Shown here: one piece after another, positions 17,999 to 26,666 of the stretch
Numbering within the stretch: the stretch's first letter is position 1
How the letters are laid out: each line of letters starts with the position of its first letter
Source of the DNA: Bdellovibrio sp.
GTDB lineage: Bacteria > Bdellovibrionota > Bdellovibrionia > Bdellovibrionales > Bdellovibrionaceae
Assembly (NCBI GenBank): GCA_036677065.1
Contig: JAKFBS010000001.1
Span: 1 to 64,000, forward strand
Length of the DNA: 64,000 nucleotides
Direction of reading: 5' to 3'
Made by a program: the position numbers and the translations under genes
The notes under the pieces: model-generated
Seen by the model: the letters and a program-made list of their open reading frames with translations, nothing else
Told to the model about the DNA's origin: nothing
Database searches by the model: none

Positions 17999-19029
17999 TC
18001 TGAACGGTAGCGCTCACAACGCGCATATTGATGTATCGCACTCCAGATATCCGAGATTTTTAAAATTTGATGAATATGAAATACACCATCAGAAATTTTA
18101 TTTCTCAGCATATAATCCGTAACTACCGCAGCCATCACACCAGTGACAAGAGCTTCGTTTTGCCCTTTTAGAATAACTTGTACTTCCTTATTTTCAGAAA
18201 TCCCGTGTATTTGAATTGCATAACAATCATCGCCTTCCCACGAAACGTTTCCGATAACTTTTAATATCTTTGGAAATTTTTGGATAAGAGGCAAAAGTAA
18301 TGGTTGTCTCAGAAAAAATGTCATAGCGGTCAACACCTTCGAAGAAAAACATAAAAATGTTGAAGCTTTAATGCCTATAGTGCGTTCGAGTGCATATTGA
18401 TCTGAAAACTCAAATGGGTACGATTGGCGCAGCCCCCATGGTGAACCGTAATCAATATTTTTTGGCGCGAGCGAAGAATTCCAATGAAGTAAGTTCTTCA
18501 TCGTCCAATCAATTGCCTGTGCTCCGTGAGCATCTCCCGTTCCGAGTAAAATTCCAATTTCAAACTGAGTGAGCTCTGGTGATTTTTCCTGGCATTCACG
18601 CACTAACAGATTCGTTAATCCTGGAGCAAGTCCGACGCTCAAAACAGCCGTCGTATGGTTTACTTGAGCAATAGTATTCAATTTTTCAATCTCTCGTAAA
18701 TGCTCATCCTCTGCAGCAATGTCGACGTATTGAATTCCTTTTTCTAAGCACAAGTTTACAAATTTTATGTCAGATTGATCTGAGCACATAATAACAGCGG
18801 CAACGCCTTCTAAGACAGGGGATAATTCTTCCAGACTTTTAGTTAAATCAAGGGTTCGAAAAGAAACCTCTGGATAATTTCCGAGCGATGCAATAAAAGC
18901 CTGTCCTTTACTCGCATTTCTGCCAGCAATAACAACTCTTCTTTGCATTGAAATAAGTGTTCGCACAACATGGCGGCCAACTTCACCATATCCACCAACA
19001 ACTAATACGACTTGAGATTTTTCAATCAT
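17995..19029 (-). CDS. Saccharopine dehydrogenase-like NAD(P)-binding oxidoreductase
   Basis: VVGGYGEVG, IAGRN, YVDI, SVGLAPGLTNLL. Confidence 0.85.
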   Translation of the reverse strand: MIEKSQVVLVVGGYGEVGRHVVRTLISMQRRVVIAGRNASKGQAFIASLGNYPEVSFRTLDLTKSLEELSPVLEGVAAVIMCSDQSDIKFVNLCLEKGIQYVDIAAEDEHLREIEKLNTIAQVNHTTAVLSVGLAPGLTNLLVRECQEKSPELTQFEIGILLGTGDAHGAQAIDWTMKNLLHWNSSLAPKNIDYGSPWGLRQSYPFEFSDQYALERTIGIKASTFLCFSSKVLTAMTFFLRQPLLLPLIQKFPKILKVIGNVSWEGDDCYAIQIHGISENKEVQVILKGQNEALVTGVMAAVVTDYMLRNKISDGVFHIHQILKISDIWSAIHQYARCERYRSD

Positions 19030-19030
19030 A

Positions 19031-19510
19031 TTAATTTCCTTTTATACTTTTTAAGTCTCGAAGGCCTTTAAAACAATAAATCGCAATGTACGGAAGAGGT
19101 AACAATTGTAAAATTCCTGTTATTTCAAAAATTAAATTATTTGGCATTTCGTATATTGAAGAAGGAAACATTGTATTCATGACTGCCGGTGAAAATCCTA
19201 AAAAATATAAGCTATCTTTGATTAGATGATTATAAAAACCTTCGTAAAAACCAACCCACCCAAGCCAGGTAATCAATATAAGACCAATCGCAAGAACTCT
19301 TGCGACACGACTCCAGGGTAAATTCTTATGAGAGTAAAAAAGAAAACCACTAACGACGAAAAATAAAATAAAGTTAATCGGCAATGTGTGCAACCGCCAT
19401 GGCGTTTGATAAACAAAAGCGCCATAGGCGTGATGAACAGCAGTCAAAACAACGAGGACTGCAACACTTATTAAAAGACGAATGGAGTTTTGTTTTAGTA
19501 ATGGGTTCAT
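19031..19510 (-). CDS. Membrane protein (about 4 TM, His-containing)
   Basis: LTAVHHAYGA, GFYEGFYNH, FEITGILQ within hydrophobic helices. Confidence 0.75.
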   Translation of the reverse strand: MNPLLKQNSIRLLISVAVLVVLTAVHHAYGAFVYQTPWRLHTLPINFILFFVVSGFLFYSHKNLPWSRVARVLAIGLILITWLGWVGFYEGFYNHLIKDSLYFLGFSPAVMNTMFPSSIYEMPNNLIFEITGILQLLPLPYIAIYCFKGLRDLKSIKGN

Positions 19511-20040
19511 TTTTTATTTCTTTTTTTAGTCGGTTGATCACCAAAGAGTTGGCATAACATCTTGATGCTTTTCTGAGAATCATAGTGGGGGTTTACAAAG
19601 CTACTTATTCCAATTCCTCTGAGGTGTTCCAATAAAAACCGCACTTCTTCAGGCCGAAGCAGTTTTTCTAAGCGTAACGAAAGGGCCTCTTCAAATTCTC
19701 GCATATGCTCAAGCATAATTTCGGCCACAACTGGTTCCTGATCGCCCTCTACTAAAAGGCCAATAAAACCTCGCATAGGGCCAGGTTTCGTAATTTGCAT
19801 TTCAAGCTCACTGATTATCGTGGCGATGTTGGCGGCTGGATTCAAACGGTCTAATCGATTCTTGGCCGTCTCAGAAAATTCAGCGACAATAGCTTTTATA
19901 AGGTCTTGTCGGCGTGGAAAATAATATGTCAGTTGCGATTGGCGTATTCCAAGGACGCTGCAAATTTCGGGCTGTGAGAGCTTTTTAATCCCACCTTCGC
20001 GTAATACCTGAATTGCCGTTTTGAGAATTTTTTCTTTCAT
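19507..20040 (-). CDS. TetR/AcrR family regulator
   Basis: EKILKTA...LGIRQSQLTYYFPRRQDL; start at ATG 20040 with GAGGT SD. Confidence 0.88.
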   Translation of the reverse strand: MKEKILKTAIQVLREGGIKKLSQPEICSVLGIRQSQLTYYFPRRQDLIKAIVAEFSETAKNRLDRLNPAANIATIISELEMQITKPGPMRGFIGLLVEGDQEPVVAEIMLEHMREFEEALSLRLEKLLRPEEVRFLLEHLRGIGISSFVNPHYDSQKSIKMLCQLFGDQPTKKRNKK

Positions 20041-20052
20041 TTGACCTCGCTC

Positions 20053-20068
20053 TTGGTAAGTATACCAA
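20053..20068. promoter_or_regulatory. Putative TetR operator overlapping an extended -10
   Basis: TTGGTA-AGTA-TACCAA inverted repeat; minus strand reads TGGTATACT. Confidence 0.6.
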
Positions 20069-20181
20069 CCAAGCAAAATAAAGTAAAGAATCAAAAAGCT
20101 CATAAATTTAGATGGGCTAAATATCTAATATGATTTGAAAAAACTATTTTAAATGTTGTTAATTTACGTGAAAAAGAAGAA

Positions 20182-20257
20182 TGGTGGCCAAGGACGGAAT
20201 TGAACCGCCGACACGATGATTTTCAGTCATCTGCTCTACCGACTGAGCTACTTGGCC
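20182..20257 (-). tRNA. tRNA-Phe (GAA)
   Basis: GGCCAAGTAGCTCAGTCGGTAGAGCAGATGACTGAAAATCATCGTGTCGGCGGTTCAATTCCGTCCTTGGCCACCA, 76-nt cloverleaf with encoded CCA. Confidence 0.97.
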
Positions 20258-20624
20258 AATCTCTAAAAAGTGAACTTGGAAATTATCTATTCAGCCTAAT
20301 CAAGTCAACTATTTAGCCAGCCCTTTCGGAATTCATTCTGGTTTGTGATTAATTAATAATCATAAATGGGCTATGCCCGTTAATTTGGCCCGTACAGCGT
20401 TTGATTTTTGCTCAAAATCATTAAAAGATAACGTCTTGTAGTCATATTTAGCCCTACTTATTTCCATCAGCGAAAGATACTGCAAATGAAAATATTTAAA
20501 AATTAACTTTTTTCTATCTTGAAACTCTAGTGAATTTAAAAAAACGTCTAGATTTGAGATAGACCAAAGGTTGATATCTCATATGTGGTTGCCCGGGTGG
20601 TTAGTTAAATTTAATCTGAAATCG

Positions 20625-21425
20625 GTGAAGAAAATTTACTTATTTCTCTTTGTAATCACAGCCTTAACAGTTTTTTCAGAACTGGCGATCGCAATGCAAG
20701 CGATTGTTGTCAAAGGCAACCGCGTCTTATTTTCTTTAGATAATTCAGAGACTGCCCAAGTCAGTGTGAATAGTTTAGTGATTGCCACTGATAAAACCGT
20801 TCAAGCTAAAATTATTCAAGTGCGTGGCGAACGTGCTGTTGGCCAAGTGATTAAAGGCTCTGCCAAGGTTAGTCAGAGTTTTCGTATTTTATCTAGAGAA
20901 ACTAAAAAAACTAATGCTCAGAGTGGTTTTTTTGCGGGGCTCTCTTCGAACACCATGGATATCGCTTTAACTTCAACAACCAGACTGAAAATGCAGGGCT
21001 TAGGATTTAACTTAACAGGCTTTTATGATTATCCTTTATTACCTGATTTCGTGTTACGTGGTATGGCCGGGTATGAGACATTCAAAGCCACAGGTTCGTT
21101 ATCAACTTGCCCGGGTGGAGAATGCTCTGTGAATTTAAATTATTTAACTGCCCATGGTTACGCGCAGTACGATATTGCTAAATACGACAAAGGCAGCCGC
21201 TTCTGGTTAGGATTAGGTATCGGATTTTTATTTTTAACCTCTGGATCGAGCGAAATTATTAATACAGATTCACTGGCAACCAATCAAATTTTTATCTTAG
21301 CCACCGGGATGGATGTCGCCCTCCAGGGCGGCAAAGCTTTTCCAATTCAAATCGATTATTTTCTATACCCTGATGGCGATATCAAAACCCAACAGATTAA
21401 TCTGCGTTTAGGTTATAAATTTTAA
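20625..21425 (+). CDS. Outer-membrane beta-barrel protein
   Basis: Signal peptide from GTG 20625 (start uncertain); amphipathic strands; C-terminal LRLGYKF. Confidence 0.7.
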   Translation: MKKIYLFLFVITALTVFSELAIAMQAIVVKGNRVLFSLDNSETAQVSVNSLVIATDKTVQAKIIQVRGERAVGQVIKGSAKVSQSFRILSRETKKTNAQSGFFAGLSSNTMDIALTSTTRLKMQGLGFNLTGFYDYPLLPDFVLRGMAGYETFKATGSLSTCPGGECSVNLNYLTAHGYAQYDIAKYDKGSRFWLGLGIGFLFLTSGSSEIINTDSLATNQIFILATGMDVALQGGKAFPIQIDYFLYPDGDIKTQQINLRLGYKF

Positions 21426-21431
21426 GAAGCT

Positions 21432-21454
21432 GCTCACAAACTATATTTGTGAGC
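21432..21454. terminator. Hairpin between convergent genes
   Basis: GCTCACAAA-5-TTTGTGAGC. Confidence 0.55.
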
Positions 21455-21474
21455 GCTCGGACTGGCAAAAATAT

Positions 21475-22644
21475 TTAAACTTTAGCGGCTTTGAAAGCCT
21501 GGTCTAAGTCGTGAAGTAAATCATCAACGTCTTCTACACCGACTGATAAACGAATTAATGAATCATCAATTCCTAAAGCTTTGCGTTGTTCAGCTGGAAC
21601 AGACGCATGAGTCATAATTGCAGGATGTTCGACTAACGATTCAACACCACCTAATGATTCTGCTAAGGCAAAAACTTCTACTGATTCTAAAAATTTACGG
21701 GCTGCCGTCATTCCACCTTTAATAAAGAATGTAATCATTCCGCCAAAACCGCTCATTTGTTCTTTTGCTAACGCATGTTGTGGATGCGAAGCAAGACCCG
21801 GATAAATGATTTTTTCAACTTGCGGATGTTTTTCTAAGTAATTAGCCACTTTAATTGCGTTTTCAGCATGAGCTTTCATACGTAATGGTAAAGTTTTAAG
21901 ACTGCGTAACGCTAAGAAAGAATCAAATGCGCCTTGAATTCCACCCATAGAATTAGTTAAAAATTGTAATCTTTCAGCAATCGCTTTATCGCTCGTTACG
22001 GCAACTCCACCAACTACGTCACTGTGCCCACCTAGGTATTTAGTGGCCGAGTGTACTACGATATTTGCACCTAATTCTAAAGGACGCTGAAAATACGGAG
22101 ACATAAACGTGTTATCAACAACCACTAAAATATTTTTAGCCGCTGCAATGGCTGAAATTTTCTTAATATCAGCTAATTTAAGCGTTGGATTTGTCGGTGT
22201 TTCGATCCAAATCATTTTTGTATTCGGTTTAATCGATTTTTCAACATTTTCAACCTTAGTTAAATCGGTGTAAGAAAATTCTAAACCGTGATGACGTAAA
22301 ACTTTGTCAAATAGACGAAAAGTGCCGCCGTACATATCATCCATAGCAATCACATGATCGCCTGAAGTTAATAAATGCATCACAGTCGTTGTTGCCGCGC
22401 AGCCGCTAGAAAAAGCAAAACCATATTTGCCTGATTCTAAACTTGCGATGCAATCTTCATAAGCTTTGCGAGTTGGATTATGAGTGCGAGAGTATTCCCA
22501 ACCTTTATGAACGCCCGGAGATTCTTGCACATAAGTTGAAGTTAAGTACACCGGCGTCATAATCGCGCCAGTTGTAGGATCCGGAGATTGGCCCGCATGA
22601 ATTGCGCGCGTATTAAATTTTGTGTTTTTGCTGTCTGTTTTCAT
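21475..22644 (-). CDS. Cystathionine gamma-lyase/synthase (Cys/Met PLP family)
   Basis: YSRTHNPT, ETPTNP, DNTF, HSATKYLGGHSD, AESLGGVESL. Confidence 0.93.
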   Translation of the reverse strand: MKTDSKNTKFNTRAIHAGQSPDPTTGAIMTPVYLTSTYVQESPGVHKGWEYSRTHNPTRKAYEDCIASLESGKYGFAFSSGCAATTTVMHLLTSGDHVIAMDDMYGGTFRLFDKVLRHHGLEFSYTDLTKVENVEKSIKPNTKMIWIETPTNPTLKLADIKKISAIAAAKNILVVVDNTFMSPYFQRPLELGANIVVHSATKYLGGHSDVVGGVAVTSDKAIAERLQFLTNSMGGIQGAFDSFLALRSLKTLPLRMKAHAENAIKVANYLEKHPQVEKIIYPGLASHPQHALAKEQMSGFGGMITFFIKGGMTAARKFLESVEVFALAESLGGVESLVEHPAIMTHASVPAEQRKALGIDDSLIRLSVGVEDVDDLLHDLDQAFKAAKV

Positions 22645-22655
22645 AAATATCCTAA

Positions 22656-23729
22656 TTATGTGTATTGTTTTAAATGTTCTTCAGCTTTTACTTCAGTGTT
22701 GAATACAGTTTTCACTGAATCTGCATCCATTAAGCCGTTTTCAATCATCCATTTGTCGTTAAATACTTTACTTAAGTACGCTTTTCCAGAATCTGGCATG
22801 ATAGCTACGATTTTTGATGGTTTATCTAATTTTTTCGAATACTCGATTGCACCCGCTAAAATTAATCCGCTTGATGGGCCAACACAAAGACCTTCTTCGA
22901 TCACTAAACGACGAGTTAACTGAAAAGCTTCTTTATCTGTTACTTTTACGCAATCATCATAAAGTTTTAATTTGCAGTTATCAGGAAGCATATCTTCGCC
23001 AACGCCTTCGACTTTCCAAGGACCAGGAGGATCAACGATTTTACCGTGGTAAAATAGATCGTAAATGATACTTCCTACTGGATCAGTCACTAAAACTTTT
23101 ACGTTTGGATTTTTTTCTTTTAAAAATTTACCAACACCAGAAATTGTACCGCCGGTTCCTACGCCGCCGACAATACAATCGATTTGACCTTTGGTTTGAT
23201 CCCAAAGTTCAGGCCCAGTTACATTATAATGATAATCGAAGTTATCCATATTGTGATATTGATTCGCATAGAAACAATTTGGCGTGTTCTCGGCAATTTT
23301 TTTCGCTACAGAATAATGACTTAATGGATGTTCTGGTTCTAATCCATTTGGAGTTAAAACTACTTTTGCGCCGTAAGCACGAAGCATAGCTCTTTTTTCT
23401 TCGCTCATTTTTTCTGGAAGTACGAAAATACATTTGTAACCTTTAACTGCGGCTACAAGTGCTAAACCCATACCAGTGTTTCCGGCAGTGGCTTCAACAA
23501 TTGTTCCGCCAGCTTTGATTTCGCCGCGTTTTTCTGCAGCTTCAACCATATATTTGGCGATTCTGTCTTTAATTGATCCACCTGGGTTAAAATATTCAAC
23601 TTTAGCGTAGAATTCATGTTTTGAATTGCTAACAACTTTGTTTAAACGCACTAATGGCGTGTTTCCGATTGTATCTAAGATGCTATTAGAGATGTTAAGT
23701 GATTTAGTTTCACTAAATGTTGATATCAT
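22656..23729 (-). CDS. Cystathionine beta-synthase / cysteine synthase family (no CBS domains)
   Basis: NPGGSIKDRIA, EATAGNTG, GTGGT, VEGVG, PDSGKAYLSK. Confidence 0.9.
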   Translation of the reverse strand: MISTFSETKSLNISNSILDTIGNTPLVRLNKVVSNSKHEFYAKVEYFNPGGSIKDRIAKYMVEAAEKRGEIKAGGTIVEATAGNTGMGLALVAAVKGYKCIFVLPEKMSEEKRAMLRAYGAKVVLTPNGLEPEHPLSHYSVAKKIAENTPNCFYANQYHNMDNFDYHYNVTGPELWDQTKGQIDCIVGGVGTGGTISGVGKFLKEKNPNVKVLVTDPVGSIIYDLFYHGKIVDPPGPWKVEGVGEDMLPDNCKLKLYDDCVKVTDKEAFQLTRRLVIEEGLCVGPSSGLILAGAIEYSKKLDKPSKIVAIMPDSGKAYLSKVFNDKWMIENGLMDADSVKTVFNTEVKAEEHLKQYT

Positions 23730-23925
23730 GATTGGTCTTCTTTGTTTTAGAGTGTGCTTTTGTGTTTGAAATCATTCCTGAACCGAGCATAAACGTCATA
23801 AGTTCGACCTGATCCCCGTTGTAGGGAATTTTTAATCTTTCACATAACTGTTGGATTTTTTTGGATTGAACATTTTTTTTCGTCAATTCAGCTACAAGTT
23901 CTAGGCATAATTCATTGTTTGTCAT
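23713..23925 (-). CDS. Small hypothetical protein, first gene of the CBS/CGL operon
   Basis: 70-aa ORF overlapping the CBS start; fills the gap. Confidence 0.5.
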   Translation of the reverse strand: MTNNELCLELVAELTKKNVQSKKIQQLCERLKIPYNGDQVELMTFMLGSGMISNTKAHSKTKKTNHDINI

Positions 23926-23963
23926 ACACCCGAAATTATCGTTTTACGGGCGGCAAAACAAGG

Positions 23964-24401
23964 TCAAAAAGCCAGCTGGCTCAGGGTTGGAACTAACAAC
24001 AAAATGCAAATCGCCGGAAACACTAGAAAAATCAGGGGAATTTGCAACAGAAGCGGAAGTTTTGCCGCATGTTCTTGAATATCAGCATCGCACATTTCAA
24101 TAAAATCAGCCTCCAGAGCTTTCAACGGTTCGTAAATGGATTGCCCGCGCAGCCCATTTTCTAACAAAGTGATGATTGCTCTATGTTGTGCGTTAAAATG
24201 AGAAAGCTCGCTGACTTGAGTTTTCTGCCGTATTTGCCACCATTGTAAGAAATTTTTGGCAAATTGATCGTTCGAACTATAATGTTGCGTCATTCTTTGT
24301 GAAAATTTTTGTAATCCTTGTTGAAGCGACAGATTTTTTTCGATCGTGCGCTTAATTTCCCAAATTAAAAGTAAACTGCTCGGCAAATTTAGATTGTCCA
24401 T
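23964..24401 (-). CDS. TadC-like (T2SS-F domain) short protein
   Basis: C-terminal AAKLPLLLQIPLIFLVFPA typical of TadC. Confidence 0.7.
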   Translation of the reverse strand: MDNLNLPSSLLLIWEIKRTIEKNLSLQQGLQKFSQRMTQHYSSNDQFAKNFLQWWQIRQKTQVSELSHFNAQHRAIITLLENGLRGQSIYEPLKALEADFIEMCDADIQEHAAKLPLLLQIPLIFLVFPAICILLLVPTLSQLAF

Positions 24402-25135
24402 TTGATCTTACTTCCTATCTTTAAAATCACTGTAAGGCCCGCCAGCATTAGAAAAAACGAAAGGCCAATCACTGACGGGTAATTCGCTAATTGAAGTTCA
24501 GCGATGGCAAAGAAAAGCAAAAACACATAAATAAAAGTCGCCACCACCGCTTGTGTGCGCACTTGTAGCGCTGATAGTCTCGACTTATGTCGCAAACTAT
24601 TTTGAATGCGCAATCCGCGCTTAAATTGATCAATTTGATCAGAAACTCGTGTTGAAGAACGCAAAATAAAATACATTTCTCCAAAAAAGTGAGCCGAAAA
24701 GTTCTTTCGCGCGTAAATTGGCACCGCATGTGTCTTATCAACATCAACTTCGATATAGTTCAGCGGTTCAAACACAATTTTTTCAATATGAGTGAGCGTT
24801 TGAAAGACTATTTTCGCAGATTTTATCGGTGATTGACCGCCCTTAATATGCAAATTTATCGCTTCAAGAACTTTGATTTGCCCTCTGAAAAACGTCTTTT
24901 TCAAAAATAATTCAAAATATATGTTCAAAAAGATCAAGCTCACAAGAATTACGCCGATATAAATGTAGAACAAGATCAGATGTTCTTTGAAAAATAGAAA
25001 ATAAAGACTCGGAATATTCAAAATGATGAACAACACTTTCCGAATTTTCGGAAAAATGATATGAAAGTTCTCAAGTCGATACACGAATCGATCCGAAATG
25101 AATAATCCGAATATCGAAATCAGTAAAAAGAGCAT
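24389..25135 (-). CDS. TadB-like (T2SS-F domain) membrane protein
   Basis: IKGGQS, LRHKSRLSALQVRTQAVV, terminal TMs; start ATG 25135 after GAGG. Confidence 0.65.
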   Translation of the reverse strand: MLFLLISIFGLFISDRFVYRLENFHIIFPKIRKVLFIILNIPSLYFLFFKEHLILFYIYIGVILVSLIFLNIYFELFLKKTFFRGQIKVLEAINLHIKGGQSPIKSAKIVFQTLTHIEKIVFEPLNYIEVDVDKTHAVPIYARKNFSAHFFGEMYFILRSSTRVSDQIDQFKRGLRIQNSLRHKSRLSALQVRTQAVVATFIYVFLLFFAIAELQLANYPSVIGLSFFLMLAGLTVILKIGSKIKWTI

Positions 25136-25193
25136 CCAAACCTCGCTTTCACGCAAAGTTTGGATTGCAAAATAAATGCAAGAATTTTTTTTG

Positions 25194-25222
25194 TTGACGG
25201 ATTAAATCAATTTGTTAACAAT
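25194..25222 (+). promoter_or_regulatory. sigma70-type promoter of the Lys-rich micro-gene
   Basis: TTGACG-N17-AACAAT with AT-rich upstream tract. Confidence 0.6.
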
Positions 25223-25299
25223 TTTAATAAGGGAGACTGAAAAGTCACAACAACAACAACGGTGCTCGTAGAAATACGATCACTCCGGAAGGAGCAACC

Positions 25300-25383
25300 A
25301 TGGCTAAGAAAAAAGCAAAAAAAGCTACTAAAAAAGCTGCTAAAAAAACTACAAAAAAAGCTACTAAAAAGAAAAAAAAGTAG
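25300..25383 (+). CDS. 27-aa Lys/Ala/Thr-rich basic micro-protein (histone H1 tail/protamine-like)
   Basis: MAKKKAKKATKKAAKKTTKKATKKKKK*; AAGGAG SD; GCT/ACT/AAA codons as in highly expressed genes; own promoter and terminator; absent from ORF track. Confidence 0.8.
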   Translation: MAKKKAKKATKKAAKKTTKKATKKKKK

Positions 25384-25409
25384 TTGTTTCTGTAAAGCAG
25401 AAGCTTTGG

Positions 25410-25440
25410 AAGGGCTAACGTAAGTTGGTCCTTTTTTTTT
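25410..25440 (+). terminator. Intrinsic terminator of micro-gene
   Basis: AAGGGCTAAC-GTAA-GTTGGTCCTT followed by T-run. Confidence 0.85.
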
Positions 25441-25485
25441 GCGCAAAGTACATCGGGATATAAATCATCTGTGAGATCCCAAATA

Positions 25486-25512
25486 AAAATAGGCCCCAAG
25501 AGGGCCTATTTT
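25486..25512 (-). terminator. Terminator of outer-membrane protein gene (bidirectional form)
   Basis: AAAATAGGCCC-5-GGGCCTATTTT. Confidence 0.75.
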
Positions 25513-25552
25513 GCGTTTAAACTGATTTTGTTAAGAAATGTATAAAGAGAGC

Positions 25553-26155
25553 TTAGTAAAAGTAAGTTAAGCCTAAGCCAGCTGTTGGAAGATAAACTGA
25601 GCTATTTAATTCGCCCAACACCATCAACTCACCGTAAAAATTTACGCCGGCTAATTCACCTTCAAGTTGGTTGTATTCTAAACCCATTCCCGCAGCCAAG
25701 AAGTTCGCAGAGAATTTGTTCTCTTTGATCTGATTTTCAGAAAGAACTCTATTTAAGATATCTGAACTTGAAGCGTCCGCTGATGAACTGTTTGAATTAA
25801 ACCAGTTAGAATAGCCGACCTTCGTATAAGGAGATAAGTAAGCGGCTTCATAATTATGTTTCCACGCAATATGAAATGAATTGTAGGCTTTGCCTCCGCC
25901 GATCCCGAACTCTAAAGCGTCTTCTGGTTGAAGATTAACTTCTAGATTAAAACCTAAACCACCAGTCAAGCCGCCTGTAGAGACTCCTAAACCGATTTTT
26001 TTATACTTCTTAAGTTCATAATTTGAATCGTAAAGTTCTACACCTTCGTTATCAAATTTTTGGCTTTTAGAAAAAACTGACTGATTTGTTGGTTCTGTCT
26101 GAGCAAACGTTGCTGTCGTAGACAAAAAAGCTAATGCGATAATAAGTAATTTCAT
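25553..26155 (-). CDS. Outer-membrane beta-barrel protein
   Basis: Signal peptide MKLLIIALAFLSTTATFA; C-terminal GLGLTYFY. Confidence 0.75.
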   Translation of the reverse strand: MKLLIIALAFLSTTATFAQTEPTNQSVFSKSQKFDNEGVELYDSNYELKKYKKIGLGVSTGGLTGGLGFNLEVNLQPEDALEFGIGGGKAYNSFHIAWKHNYEAAYLSPYTKVGYSNWFNSNSSSADASSSDILNRVLSENQIKENKFSANFLAAGMGLEYNQLEGELAGVNFYGELMVLGELNSSVYLPTAGLGLTYFY

Positions 26156-26666
26156 GCTGTGGCCCTCTTTTTTAGCTAGTTTAATCATTTTTGTCTGAAT
26201 AGGAAACGATTTCTGCGAATCGCTGATTACAAATGATGTTGAACGCTAAGAAAAATTCTTTGAAAATCATTTTTAGCGATCGCTTTTAATAGGCAATTTT
26301 TGCCTATTAAAGATAAAACTAAATACTAAATCAATAAGCCTTAAGCATTTGAAAAACCTATGAAAATTATAATCTACGTCTAAAATATTTGCGCTTGCCC
26401 GCTACTTAATCAGCATGATCGATTGATATGACTAATAATAAGTCGTTCTGTGTTTATTTTTTATCGTTTTTCATAATTTTTTTTGTTCTGCCTTCATTAA
26501 GGGCGCTGAAGATTTTTTCACGACTTTTAGAGCGGAAATTTCATTCATATTTCAAGCCCTGCAACTGGCCAAAACTTATCTGGGCTTGAGCTTTAAGCCG
26601 TTAAGTATTAAACCTGTTAAGTATTTAAATTCTATTATTTTAATAAATCAAAAAGGGAGATTTCAC

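Noticed and set aside
4200..20257. Prophage or integrative element at tRNA-Phe
   Set aside because: No integrase, phage structural genes or duplicated tRNA 3' end found by eye
25166..25182. sigma54-like site upstream of tadB-like gene (TTGCATTTATTTTGCA)
   Set aside because: Lacks the invariant GG at -24
25229..25440. tmRNA, 6S RNA or c-di-GMP riboswitch identity for the structured transcript
   Set aside because: No tRNA-like ends, no long closing duplex and no GEMM consensus recognised; an Rfam scan is still needed
25207..25499. Two minus-strand ORFs (79 and 84 aa, Phe-rich)
   Set aside because: Antisense shadows of the A-rich plus-strand micro-gene, which has the SD, promoter and terminator
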